Origin: Bispira polyomma
Taxonomy: Eukaryota
Length of the DNA stretch: 64,000 nucleotides
Assembly: GCA_965649765.1 (NCBI GenBank)
Contig: OZ287752.1
Coordinates: 25,792,001 to 25,856,000, forward strand
Reading direction: 5' to 3'
The translations under genes and the position numbers were made by a program. The notes below the pieces were generated by a model. That model saw nothing but the letters and a program-made list of their open reading frames with translations. It was not told the origin of the DNA and did no database searches. Positions 21,889-32,289 of the stretch are shown here, in pieces. How positions within the stretch are numbered: position 1 is the stretch's first letter; each line of letters opens with the position of its first letter.

Positions 21889-24498
21889 CTAAATGTGGTG
21901 ATTGAGCCGTAAGTGGTCCTCCGTCAAGGCACACCATTGGACATCACCCACCAGCTCCTGTAAGAGAACATTATCCTTACTTGAATTTGTCCAACGAGAT
22001 AAGAGGTCAGCGGTGGTATTGTCATTTCCTAGAATATGAACCACCTGTATGTCTACATCGAGCTGGCTAGCCAGCATGAATATGTTCCGCGAGTACAGGG
22101 CTAATTCGCTATCTCTAGTTCTACCATGCGTAAGGACACTCACAACAGCCTGGTTATCACATTTAATTAACAGTCTACGTCCTTGCCAGTATTTGCCCCA
22201 CAACTTCAACGCCACATGAATGTTCAGCATCTCCAATGGAGCAATATTATGTTTGTGCATAGCAGCAGGAATGGGAAGGTAATATACTTGTTTGCCATAC
22301 ACTCCTCCCATGCCTGTTAGGCAGGCATCCAACTCTACAATGTCAGTGATGGGGGCATGATGAAAAAATGTCACCCCATTGTATTTCTGGAGAAACTGAA
22401 TGAACCAGTTAAGGTCCTTTTTGAAGTCAGGGTTAATTTTGATACTTGTTTTGTGGTGATTGCTTCGGAGGAGCTGCAACATCCGATTCAGAAAAAATCG
22501 TGAGTACTTCACGCATTTAGAAATATACAGCAAAGAACCCAATAAACATTGGAGCTCCCGCTTAGTACACTGCTTTTTATCACTCCAATTGGCACACATT
22601 TTTTGAACCTGAGCTAGTTTGTCCTCTGGTATCGATGTAGTGAACCGAACTGTATCTATAACTATACCTAGGCAGGTTACCCGGGTGGCTGGAGGAACCA
22701 GCTTCTTCTTGCTAAGAGTCAAAACCAACTCGGCCAAAAGGGCCTGCAGTCGGTGGTATGTTTCATAGATTTTTGAGGGAACAGAAGAACATAAGAGATC
22801 GTCGATATAGTTGGTGATTTTATGACCTTCACCTTCCATAATATACCGTATACTGTCAGAAATTCTCTGAAAAATCACTGAACCGTGTCGGTAGCCAAAG
22901 GGCAACGAGCCGTCGAGATAGTAGCCATCCCAGTATAAGCCCAGACGATTGATGTCTCTTGGGTCTATGGTCACGTGACGGAATGCGCGACTAATATCCG
23001 CTTTAAATAGCAAGGAGCCCCTACCGTTTTGCAACACTTGTTTGGTTATGTCATCTATAGAAGGGTAAGTAAGTACAAATTCCTTGTCCAGATACAAATT
23101 TGAGGACACCGCTGCATTAACCGAATGACCGATGGGCCAACTGAGATCTATTATAACTCGTCGGTTAACCGAGCTTGACTTGTCTCTAGTCATAAATGGA
23201 GATGTGTGGACATCATCAATTGGGGGATGGACGAAAGGTCCATACATAGCACCCATAGAACATTCTTCTTTCAGGTAATGGTTCACATGCTCAGGATATT
23301 GATTGGCTGAAGCATGATTGTTCAAGTCAGACTTGAAGTCATGTTCTTCATTACAGTCAAGAGGAAATCCGAATTTTATCAGTAAGGGGAGCTCCCAATC
23401 CCAATAATTCGCTAAATACTTTTCCCAGGCAGGGACCGTCAGTTGGGTGTGTATGGGAACTTGTAAACCCTTATAATTTGGTCTCCCATCCAATTTAAGG
23501 GCCTTATGCAGTGTAAACACATCTGTGATCAATTGGTTATTGGAGCAATCAATCACTGGGGTACCCCAGGAACTAGTTGGTATGAACCCATACTTCCCAC
23601 TATTCTGTATATCCCACAACTTGTAGGTCACATTATCTTTAGCTGCATTTAAGCGCTGTCTCTTATCAAGGCCTCCTGAGAGGTCCAGTACATACTTGTC
23701 ATCACACGGGTTAGATCTCTTGTTAGGTGGTGGAATAGTGCAATCGACCCTACCTAACGTGTCACTCGAGTCAGGAAGTGGAATAGGTGTGAAATCGACC
23801 TTACCGACCGTGTTAATAGATTCAGGAAGTTCTACATCAGGAATGTCTAGGCCACTAAACCGGTTATGCATGGGAAGGTGAAACCCACTATTGTTAGCAT
23901 TACTTGAAGTGGTACCCGCGCCAATTGTATTCACACGCAGAGAACCCCGCCGTTTAGGCCCCCCTTGGGCATCACTTAGTTCAATTGTTTTGGACACAAT
24001 TGGTTGATTTTGTAACACCCGGTTTGCATGGTTACCGACCCGCCTATTCACGGAAGTTTTCACACCACCCAAAGGTGTTTTTCTTAACACCTTTTGGGGA
24101 ATTGTTTTCTCACGTCGCCTGTCAGCTGGTGTATTTAACACTTTCACGGGTGAATGCCTCCCTCCCGACACCTTGTGCAATGAGGTATTATGGAACACAA
24201 GTTTGCTACCTTGTGGGGTTCTATTAACAGAAACAGGGTTAACTTCCCCCATTTCCCGGTTTTCACCAATCTCGATACCAGGAACCACAACGCCCTGTTG
24301 CAACACGTCCTGGTATGACCTGTTCAGTCGGGGTCCAGTATACATATTGTATTTACAACACACATGATCAAACAGTTTAAAATCCCTAAAAGTAGAATTA
24401 TATACAACTCTGGAGCAGGTTTCACGTACAAGTTTCTTAGCAGCCACTGCAATACTGCAGTGGCCCCTTAGTTTTTTGAGACCGATTTTTTGAAGCAC
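21889..24498 (-). CDS. Reverse transcriptase + RNase H (pol) of element 1, in the -1 frame relative to gag
   Basis: RRVIIDLS, KADISRAFR, LPFGYRHG, NYIDD, CLGIVID; RNase H ELDAC, LEMLN, CDNQAVV, ADLLSRW. Confidence 0.95.
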   Translation of the reverse strand: MLQKIGLKKLRGHCSIAVAAKKLVRETCSRVVYNSTFRDFKLFDHVCCKYNMYTGPRLNRSYQDVLQQGVVVPGIEIGENREMGEVNPVSVNRTPQGSKLVFHNTSLHKVSGGRHSPVKVLNTPADRRREKTIPQKVLRKTPLGGVKTSVNRRVGNHANRVLQNQPIVSKTIELSDAQGGPKRRGSLRVNTIGAGTTSSNANNSGFHLPMHNRFSGLDIPDVELPESINTVGKVDFTPIPLPDSSDTLGRVDCTIPPPNKRSNPCDDKYVLDLSGGLDKRQRLNAAKDNVTYKLWDIQNSGKYGFIPTSSWGTPVIDCSNNQLITDVFTLHKALKLDGRPNYKGLQVPIHTQLTVPAWEKYLANYWDWELPLLIKFGFPLDCNEEHDFKSDLNNHASANQYPEHVNHYLKEECSMGAMYGPFVHPPIDDVHTSPFMTRDKSSSVNRRVIIDLSWPIGHSVNAAVSSNLYLDKEFVLTYPSIDDITKQVLQNGRGSLLFKADISRAFRHVTIDPRDINRLGLYWDGYYLDGSLPFGYRHGSVIFQRISDSIRYIMEGEGHKITNYIDDLLCSSVPSKIYETYHRLQALLAELVLTLSKKKLVPPATRVTCLGIVIDTVRFTTSIPEDKLAQVQKMCANWSDKKQCTKRELQCLLGSLLYISKCVKYSRFFLNRMLQLLRSNHHKTSIKINPDFKKDLNWFIQFLQKYNGVTFFHHAPITDIVELDACLTGMGGVYGKQVYYLPIPAAMHKHNIAPLEMLNIHVALKLWGKYWQGRRLLIKCDNQAVVSVLTHGRTRDSELALYSRNIFMLASQLDVDIQVVHILGNDNTTADLLSRWTNSSKDNVLLQELVGDVQWCALTEDHLRLNHHI
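24443..24477 (-). promoter_or_regulatory. -1 programmed ribosomal frameshift signal (A_AAA_AAC + 6-nt spacer + 9-bp hairpin)
   Basis: Minus strand reads tcA AAA AAC taa ggg GCCACTGCA gtat TGCAGTGGC. The -1 frame is the pol ORF. Confidence 0.8.
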
Positions 24499-25463
24499 AA
24501 CTTGGTTTGATGCGGGCCACCACAGCTCTCACAGCAGTGTTTGAACCACTGTCCAGAAGTGCGATGGCTGGCATCAAATTTACACGTGCCTTCCTGAAAA
24601 AATCGACAGTTTACTCCCGCTGTTTTCATCGAGGTTTTACCCCTACTGCCAATATTGCTTCTAGAAAGGCCAGACCCACTAGCTGAGGACGTTACATGAC
24701 GCTGTGCATGAGCGCGCCTTATCCGGTCGACCTTTTCGACATCCGTCCAATTCAGTCGGTCCATTTCCATGTTGGTCAACAAAATGGCGTGAGCGGCTTT
24801 GGCGGCATCCCACGAAAAATCATGGGCGTCATCCATCAGGCATGCCAGATATTCCAACATAGCCTCGCGGACCGAGGAGTCTTTTTGCTCTTGCGTACAG
24901 CGAACAAACCCGGAAATGAACTGAACCAAAGTAAGGTCATCGTAAGTGGGTCTAACCTTTTTTACACCCGACAAGACAAAATTTTGTGGCCAATCAACAT
25001 GACGTTTAACGGGAGCTTCCGCGCCACCTCTTTGGGATTTCAGTTTACCTCCCGTTAAATCGTGGAGTTGTTGCAGTTGCAGCAAACGCTGGTCTACCTG
25101 ACTTTGTAAGCTGGAATTTGAACGCAGGTAATCTAGGGAGGGCACAACGGCCTCAATCACTGGTTCACTAACACTAGGGACATTAGATACAGATTTAGAA
25201 ACTGTATTACATGCCTGCGCGCTGGGTTTACACAGCGCCGCCTCAGTAGCTTGTACTCGTTGATCCATGCTGTCCATCTTCTCGTTCATTACAACCAGTT
25301 GTTGAAGTATCAAACTAGATACGGAATCAGAAACAGCAGGCACAGCAGGATCAACGGCAGCCACCTCATCAGCGACGCTGTCCAACGGATTAAATTTACA
25401 TTTCTTTCCAACTGGACGTCCGTGCCGACCAGAACATACACTACACGGGTATTCCTTAGGCAT
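24468..25463 (-). CDS. Gag-like ORF1 of element 1 (ATG at MPKEYPC)
   Basis: N-terminal CSVCSGRHGRPVGKKC, coiled-coil segments, WPQ..YDDLTLVQF core and a C-terminal CRFFQEGTC...H...HCCESC...H..C Cys/His cluster. Confidence 0.85.
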   Translation of the reverse strand: MPKEYPCSVCSGRHGRPVGKKCKFNPLDSVADEVAAVDPAVPAVSDSVSSLILQQLVVMNEKMDSMDQRVQATEAALCKPSAQACNTVSKSVSNVPSVSEPVIEAVVPSLDYLRSNSSLQSQVDQRLLQLQQLHDLTGGKLKSQRGGAEAPVKRHVDWPQNFVLSGVKKVRPTYDDLTLVQFISGFVRCTQEQKDSSVREAMLEYLACLMDDAHDFSWDAAKAAHAILLTNMEMDRLNWTDVEKVDRIRRAHAQRHVTSSASGSGLSRSNIGSRGKTSMKTAGVNCRFFQEGTCKFDASHRTSGQWFKHCCESCGGPHQTKLCFKKSVSKN

Positions 25464-26869
25464 GACTACACCTTCAACTAAAATATAAACAATATCTGGG
25501 TAGTAAAAGCCCTGGGTAGTAAAAACCCCAATTGTAAAAACACTTGTATCTATGAACTGTTTTTCACTAATGATGGCGCCTGTTGGCGGCAATCCCTTTT
25601 ATACTTGCCCCCGTGACCCCAGGTGGCTTAATTAGCCTCTCAGTGACCTGCCACCAGAACTGAGGGGGGCTGTCGCACGGGCGTCAGCCCACCAAAAATG
25701 GTTACTGTTTACCCAGTACCCAGCTCAGTGGCAAGTCCAGAAAGGTAAGTAAAGGTACCCTCAAGATATAAGACAATTTGAGGGATAAAAAAAAAATTTA
25801 TTTACATGTTAGTAAAAATATTACATTTACTAGTTTTTTAGAGTGACTACTTTTATATACAGTCTGTGGTCATCGTAAACTAACTAAGGTGAGCAGATTA
25901 AGTTTCTACTTCAATACGTTGAAGTTAAGGTCACCATTTGAGCAATCTTAACTAAGGTGACTTTAAGTTAAGGTGAGTTACAGTTTCTAGATTTTACATG
26001 CAATTTAAGTTAAGGTTACTAACTTTACTAAGGTAAACTTAATTAAAGTTAAGCTTACGTAAAACATATACATGCAATAAAAGAGTATAATTACAGAACG
26101 TATAATTGCAGTAAAACAAGATTAATTACAGATGAAAGATAAGATCAGAATGATTTGTTATTCTGATATAAACTGCATTATATATTTACCATACTGATTA
26201 TTTGTGTAAATATACCTTTTTAACCAAATATGATATTTACTGTTAGTGTATAAAACCACCAATTAAAAACAACATATAAGGAAGATGTAAAAGTTTATAC
26301 TAAAATACTAAGAAAATTTAAAATATTGATTTAATTACAGAAAAGACTGCATGCACATGCGGCACAGGAAGATCCCCTAGCTCAGCTGGAACAGTCCTGT
26401 GTGGCCGAACAATACGACCCCTTATGGCCTTAGTTACAGAAATCTCAGCAAACAAACGATTGGGATCAGTGCACTATCAGCCCCTCTGTTGTAAACCTTT
26501 ATTATGAATATCAGCTGGGATGTACCAACACCAACGACCAACGTTCACAGGAGGTGATGAAACCCCACGAAGATGACACACACTTGCACCCCAGCTAGTA
26601 GGATCAGTCATGATTGGTAAGGATGCACCCCAAATCTACTGGGTGATCCGATCGCTGCATGAGCGACGAGAAAGCTGGGCATTACTTGCCAGCAGCCATG
26701 AACACACTAGATTCATCCACACAACATCATACTCAATTGAGCATTTGATTTGATAGACATTACACTCTTTAAGCACAAGCACAATATACGAGCCCCAGGG
26801 GGCGATTTGAGGAACAGAACTTGGGTTGGCAGTATTGTGCTGAAAGCCACATCCCTTTTCATCCTGCAA

Positions 26870-27225
26870 GAAGGAATCTATTTTTGGGAGCGGCTCTCCT
26901 GGTTTTGACATTGCACTTGTAGTAACTCAAGTGTGGTTCAAAGTATTTAAGCTAACCTGAATCGAGAAACTTATATACTATTGTAGTTTTAAAAACACAC
27001 CAAAATCTAACAGGGAGCCAGTGGAGTGACTTCAGAATCGGTGAAGCATTTGAAAGCTGAGCAGAACAACTGACCAGGCGTGCCAATGAGTTCTGGATGC
27101 ATTGCAATTTCTTTAGGTCCTTTTTGGTCAAGCTGCGATACAGTGAATTGCAGTAGTCCAGTCTGCTACCAACCAGAGCATTTGCTGCAGTTATTGCAAC
27201 CGATTTTGGAAGGTACCCATGAAGC
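26870..27225 (-). mobile_element. L2-clade LINE RT C-terminal fragment
   Basis: ANALVGSRLDYCNSLYRSL..LQCIQNSLAR..LHWLPV...TRR. Confidence 0.9.
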
Positions 27226-27960
27226 ATGAAGAAGTCAAAACAGAGTCACCAAGATCCACTTCTTGGAATTCTGAAATACAGAAATACCCCGATAGACGAC
27301 TTGGCTTTAACTGTTGAACTCTTGATGACAAGGAAGTTGAATTCACTACTTCCAATGACACAAAGGGGTCTCAAACCCAAAGTATTGACACAACAAAACA
27401 CAGGTATGAAGCTTAGAAGGAAGAAAGTAAAGCAAAAAACATTATTATGACAGGCACAGCAAACCACTTAAGAAGGTTTTTTCTAGGGAGAAGGTCAGGA
27501 TTCTTCACCAACAAAAGTGGCAAACCGGTTAAATAGAAGCTGGACATTTCATGATCTTACATTGTTGAGACACCTAATGGTCGGGGCCGCGGTGGCCTGG
27601 TGGTTAGCAAGCATTGCGCTTCATAATCACTGGTCTTTCACCTCTGAGCGGCGTGAGTTTGAATCCCGTCGATGCCTATGTGGGAAAGGTGGTAGTTCCT
27701 TACTGTGGGCAGCTGGTTTCTCTGCAGAACCTTGACCGACTGTATGCAGTGTTTCCTCCAGCGTTTCCAACTACCCGTCCCAATATAACCTACTAAAAGG
27801 TACTAGAGAGGACGTTAAATATCCAAATTCAAATTCAAAGAGACACCTAATGGTGGTGTATACAGACGCAACAGGTCTCACATTCTAAAGTCAGGTGAGA
27901 AAGATTCCACCAGTGCTGAAAGTCTGAAGAATGACACTAGCACTACTGCTAGCACTACTA
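27226..27960 (+). mobile_element. Ty3/Gypsy integrase C-terminal fragment, interrupted by a SINE
   Basis: DPLLGILKYRNTP..ELLMTRKLNSLLP..KQKHYYDR..SYIVETPNG [SINE] ETPNGGVYRRNRSHI. Confidence 0.85.
27582..27839 (+). mobile_element. Full-length tRNA-derived SINE (258 bp) with 15-bp TSD
   Basis: A box tggcctggtgg, B-box-like gtttgaatcc, central ggtttctct...gtttcctcca and (caaatt)n tail. TSD gagacacctaatggt lies at 27567-27581 and 27840-27854. Confidence 0.92.
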
Positions 27961-28872
27961 GTCAAACCAGTGAAAAGATTTTAATGCCTTAAAAATGTAA
28001 CAATGAAAAGTCTTCTTATTAATTGTTAATAATAACACAATTTAAATGGAAACCTTAATGGTAGTTAAGAATTTTCTTCTTTTACTTTTATGTATATACA
28101 TATATTTTGGTTAGAAAAACAACTGTAAATATGTGTAGTTGTATACAGTGTTTGTAGGGACATGCCAAGTGAAAAAGTCTAATAAGCAAACTTTAAGTTT
28201 CTATTTCTCTAAAAGGTAAACTAATCATGATTATTTGATTAAAAGGTATCAAATGTAACACAAATTAATCAACAATTAAACTTATTACACACAATACAAA
28301 AGTGCCTTTTTCTTATAACAATATCCTTTGGAGAATAGTGTATTTTGGGGAGGTGTGTGTGTGGGTGTTTAAAAACAAAACAAAACAAGAATCTCATTCT
28401 TGTTGTTTAATCTAGGAACAGTTTAGACAGTTTGAGAAAATGTGTGCTATTTATACTGACATGTACAGTGCACAGCCACCAGTATATCCTGTATTACACT
28501 GTCACTGAGAATAATGACTCCAACACCCAAGTGACTTCTCTTGTCCTAGATTTAGGTGGATACCACTGCATTGATACTAGCATGTGTGTTTCATTGGAAT
28601 TTCAAAATGTTTGTACAGGATAATTTTTTATACTTCCTCATTTTGAAAGCCTGAATTGATGTATAATTCAGTTACAAAAGGGGCCCGACGTTAGACGTGG
28701 ATGGAATAATTTATATTAATGAATAGTAAAGTTTTCAATCAATAAAATACCACCAAGGGGATATGGGGACAACAGAAAAAGGTGAGTTTGGTCAGTCGTT
28801 AAATAAAAACAGTAAAACAAATACAACGAGTGGAGACGATCTCACTACTTACTGGGACTTCCTCGCTACCTA

Positions 28873-29449
28873 CACCCGTGGACATTGATTGGAACGATTT
28901 TTTTGGTTTTTTATTATTTAGAGCTACTATTTATTTTGTATTTGTATTTTATAAAATAGGTTATATGACAGCACATTTAATAAATAATAAAAAAAGGTTT
29001 GAAATATTTGATGATTATTCTAGAAATGAAAAGGTTCCTTCAAATTTTCAAAATCAAAGTGGACATTAATTGGAACACTTTTTTTTCTTTGCTCATTTTT
29101 TTACAATGCTTCTTCATATTAACCAATAACTATCAATGAAATTATTCTAAATTACATAATTGGCTATGTAGCCCAATTTGGTAAAAATTGTGACAGTAAA
29201 TCTAAAAAAATCAGCCTGAATAAAAAATAGGCATCCATATTGTCATATTTCGGGTTAAGAATAAATAAAATTGCTTTAACATTTTGTTATTGTTTAACAG
29301 GGACATTTATAAGACATAATTATAACGGCTTGTTATAAAATATATGCCAGTGGAATTTTATTATAAATTTGTTTTATTTAAGCTATAACCTTGCAATTTA
29401 CTGTAAAATCGTTCCAATTAATGTCCGTTCCAATCAATGTCCACGGGTG
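28873..29449. mobile_element. Tc1/mariner-type MITE (577 bp), 24-bp perfect TIRs, TA TSD
   Basis: TA|cacccgtggacattgattggaacg ... cgttccaatcaatgtccacgggtg|TA. Inner copies of the TIR core sit at ~29061 and ~29410. Confidence 0.92.
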
Positions 29450-29519
29450 TACTACTACATATAGCTACTTACTGATACGTCTATGCTACTTTGGGAAACG
29501 TTCGTGGACGAACAGAGAA

Positions 29520-29617
29520 ATGGGGAGAAACGGAAGCTGTGGCTGTAGCGTTTCAAACTGTTTGAAAAACTATATGAAAATGACGAAACAGAGATGTTTT
29601 CGGAACGATTTTAGTGG
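29520..29617 (+). other. Possible first exon of a THAP-like zinc finger in a DNA transposon remnant
   Basis: MGRNGSCGCSVSNCLKN resembles the THAP N-terminal CxxxC start. Nothing downstream is recognisable. Confidence 0.25.
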
Positions 29618-29699
29618 GTATTCCCTTATTGTGTAATACTCTATTCATTGTTTTTTTTTAAATTTTGCTTGTAGTCGCAATATTTGGTGCAGATACGTC

Positions 29700-31250
29700 T
29701 AAATCTCATGCCTTAAATTTGGCAAGGGCTGTGGTGGACTGATGTATAGTGTAGGTACAGATGTGTATCTGTAGGTTTTTTATATAAGGTAGTAATATAA
29801 GGTAGTATAAATCTACCGGTCGTTCAATCAATTTTGACTGCTGTACCAAGGAAGTTGAATTTTGTATCACTTGATTTGTGTATGAACTTAATGGCTGGGT
29901 GTATGCCATTTAGATAGACTATGGATTTGGTTAGTTAGTCTTGACCATACCATAAATATGTCATCTATGAATCTGACCCATAAGAGGGGTTTTAAGGGCC
30001 AATTATTGATGGTTGTTGTTTTGAATCTGTCTATAAACAGGTTGGCATAGTTAGGGGCTGTGGCAGTGCCCATGGATGTACCACCAATTGAAAGGTAATA
30101 ATCCCCATTGAAGTTAAAGTTCATTGAGTGTAGAACCATTTTAAGGAGTCTGAGTATGAAATGTCCTACAACTTGTTTATGTGGATCAGTCCTTAGATGG
30201 TCAGCTATAGCTAATATTACTTCATGGTTTGGGATATTAGTGTATAGTTAACTCACATTTAAGGTTACTAGGATGGCTCAATCAGGAATATCGTCCAATG
30301 CCTTTATACAACTAATAAAATGTTATGTGTCTCTCACATATGATTTGGTAAGGGGCACATATTTTTTATATGTTCCTCGATAAATTTACTTATGTTGATG
30401 TTTGTATCATCTGATGATTAATAGAGCTGCATATTGGTCTACCTGGTATATCTTTTTGTGGTAGTAAGTAAAACCTACCTTTTTTCGTTCTTTTATGTTA
30501 AGGTAATCAAAAGTTTTTTTTTGGTGATCTGATTTCGCTTAGAGTAGAGGCTATCTTCTCAGATAATCTTATAGTGGGGTCTTCTTTTAAATGTTGGTAA
30601 AAGTTCTGGTTACTAAATTGTCTGTAACCTTCTTCGAGGTTGTCTTTAGTGTTCATAAATATAATTGCTGACCAACTTTTCAGCTTTTTTGATAACTATG
30701 TCCTGATTGTTACTTAATTCTTGAAGACAAAATCTCTCACTTTTGGTAAAATTATTTGTCTTAGATTTTTTAATTTAACATTTCAATTGAAAGATATGTT
30801 TCCAGAGTTTTATTTGGAGGGTTTTGTCTCCAAGTAGACATGGGATTGAATTTTTGATTGATAGTTTTATTTTTATCAATTTTTGAGATTTGGTTTTCAG
30901 GCGTGTTATCGTTTTTGTTCATGAAATATATCAGGATTTGTCCTATGTCAAGATTATTGAGGTCATGTTTTTCATGTTAATTGGAAGAAGTGCTGCATAA
31001 GCTCCATTCTTCAACTGAATTATTTAAAATCCATCAAAATTTGGGCTCTATCTGGTAGTCCTGATTTTGGGCAAAAAGTCAGCCCCTTTTCTAGTGCTCT
31101 GATTTGTATTTCAGTTATAGTAGTATCAGATATATTGATCACAGTATGGCGTATATAACTATCAAACTTTGTACCAGGGGGTAGTATACCTGGTGAGGCT
31201 GTTTGTGTCTTCAGCCTGAAGAGGTCTTGTATAGTAGTTTACTCTACAAT
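29700..31250 (-). mobile_element. Penelope-like retroelement, degenerate RT region
   Basis: VINISDTTITEIQIRALEKGLTFCP; IVIKKA..; FYQHLKEDPT; GTSMGTATAPNYANLF; WVRFIDDIFMVW; KPTDTHLYL. Confidence 0.9.
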
Positions 31251-32289
31251 GGTTATGTTATGGTCAGTACACAGGGTTTTTTTCTTAAGGTACTAATTAT
31301 GTGTGAGTGGTATACCGCTTTGTTGACGTGGTATACTGGTATAGAGTAGAGAAAAGAGTTTTGCTGATGTGTTTTAGAGATTTTTTTTTTCTTGAAATTT
31401 TTAATCAAGAACTATTGGTGTGGGAAAAAAAATATGAGATTTATACAACAAACAACTATAGGTTATAAATTGGTAAAGAATCTTGATATTAAGACTTAAA
31501 TATGTACTAGGTCTAAAATGTTATTTTAAAATATCACTAAGGGTGGATAGGAGGCTTCAATTTTGTGGCCAGGATTTCTTCCATTATGCCTTGGGTTCCT
31601 GTTAGGGAATTGGTGAGGTCTGTCGTTCTAGAATCTTTTAGTGCCTTTACCATTAGGTTGAAATCTTGGGTTGAATTGTTTCTCCTTTCTTTGCATCTGG
31701 ACAGGTGACAGACAGAAGTTACTATCGTATCAGGCTTTTTTTACCCCTGCTTACTTATATATACATAGAGACAAGTCATGCCAACATACAAATGTTATTA
31801 GTGACTCCCAGCCTCCACACTTATATTAGATATCCCCCCCCCCTCCCCCTAAATAGACTGGACACATGGCGCTCCTGATGTTTCTTCGTTGCAGTTATCA
31901 ATACATTCTTAATGAAATAATTGGAACAGTATTGGAACATTACAAATGCCATGGTGAAAGACTACTGGCTGAAGTATGAAGCATTTTCATTGCCAAGAGC
32001 TTTTTCTGGATCTAAATATCTTCCTGGTTTTTAAAAAGACAGGTCAAAGGCACATTTTATTACACATCATATTGATTACAGGCCATAAGTATTGTTAAGA
32101 ATATGTTATCAGGTTGTTTTCACCAAAAATAATACTGATGTTATTTCACATTAATGAAAATTAAAAAATGCCATTGAAAGCAAGATACTCGCTTTTACAG
32201 AGCATGCACAAGTTATGTTAAATATTTTACAAATATTAAAAAAATAGTTAGAAAGTGTACATGATAGTGGCACAAAAGCTACTCCATAA

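Larger units (their letters stand above)
20130..26350 (-). mobile_element. Tyrosine-recombinase retrotransposon 1 (DIRS order, Ngaro-like: no methyltransferase), ORFs intact; outer boundaries approximate
   Basis: gag, RT/RNase H and YR ORFs lie in order, all uninterrupted. No MT domain follows RNase H. Confidence 0.9.

Noticed and set aside
24468-25592. 374-aa gag starting at 25592 as listed in the ORF track
   Set aside because: That start is a non-ATG codon. The first ATG (25463, MPKEYPC) directly precedes the conserved zinc-finger motif, and the upstream part looks like leader/intron sequence.
26370-26870. GC-balanced segment that looks coding
   Set aside because: No recognisable motif in any frame, so left unannotated.
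27582-27670. Possible tRNA gene
   Set aside because: A/B boxes are present, but spacing is extended, no clean cloverleaf forms, and it continues into a SINE body with tail and TSD.
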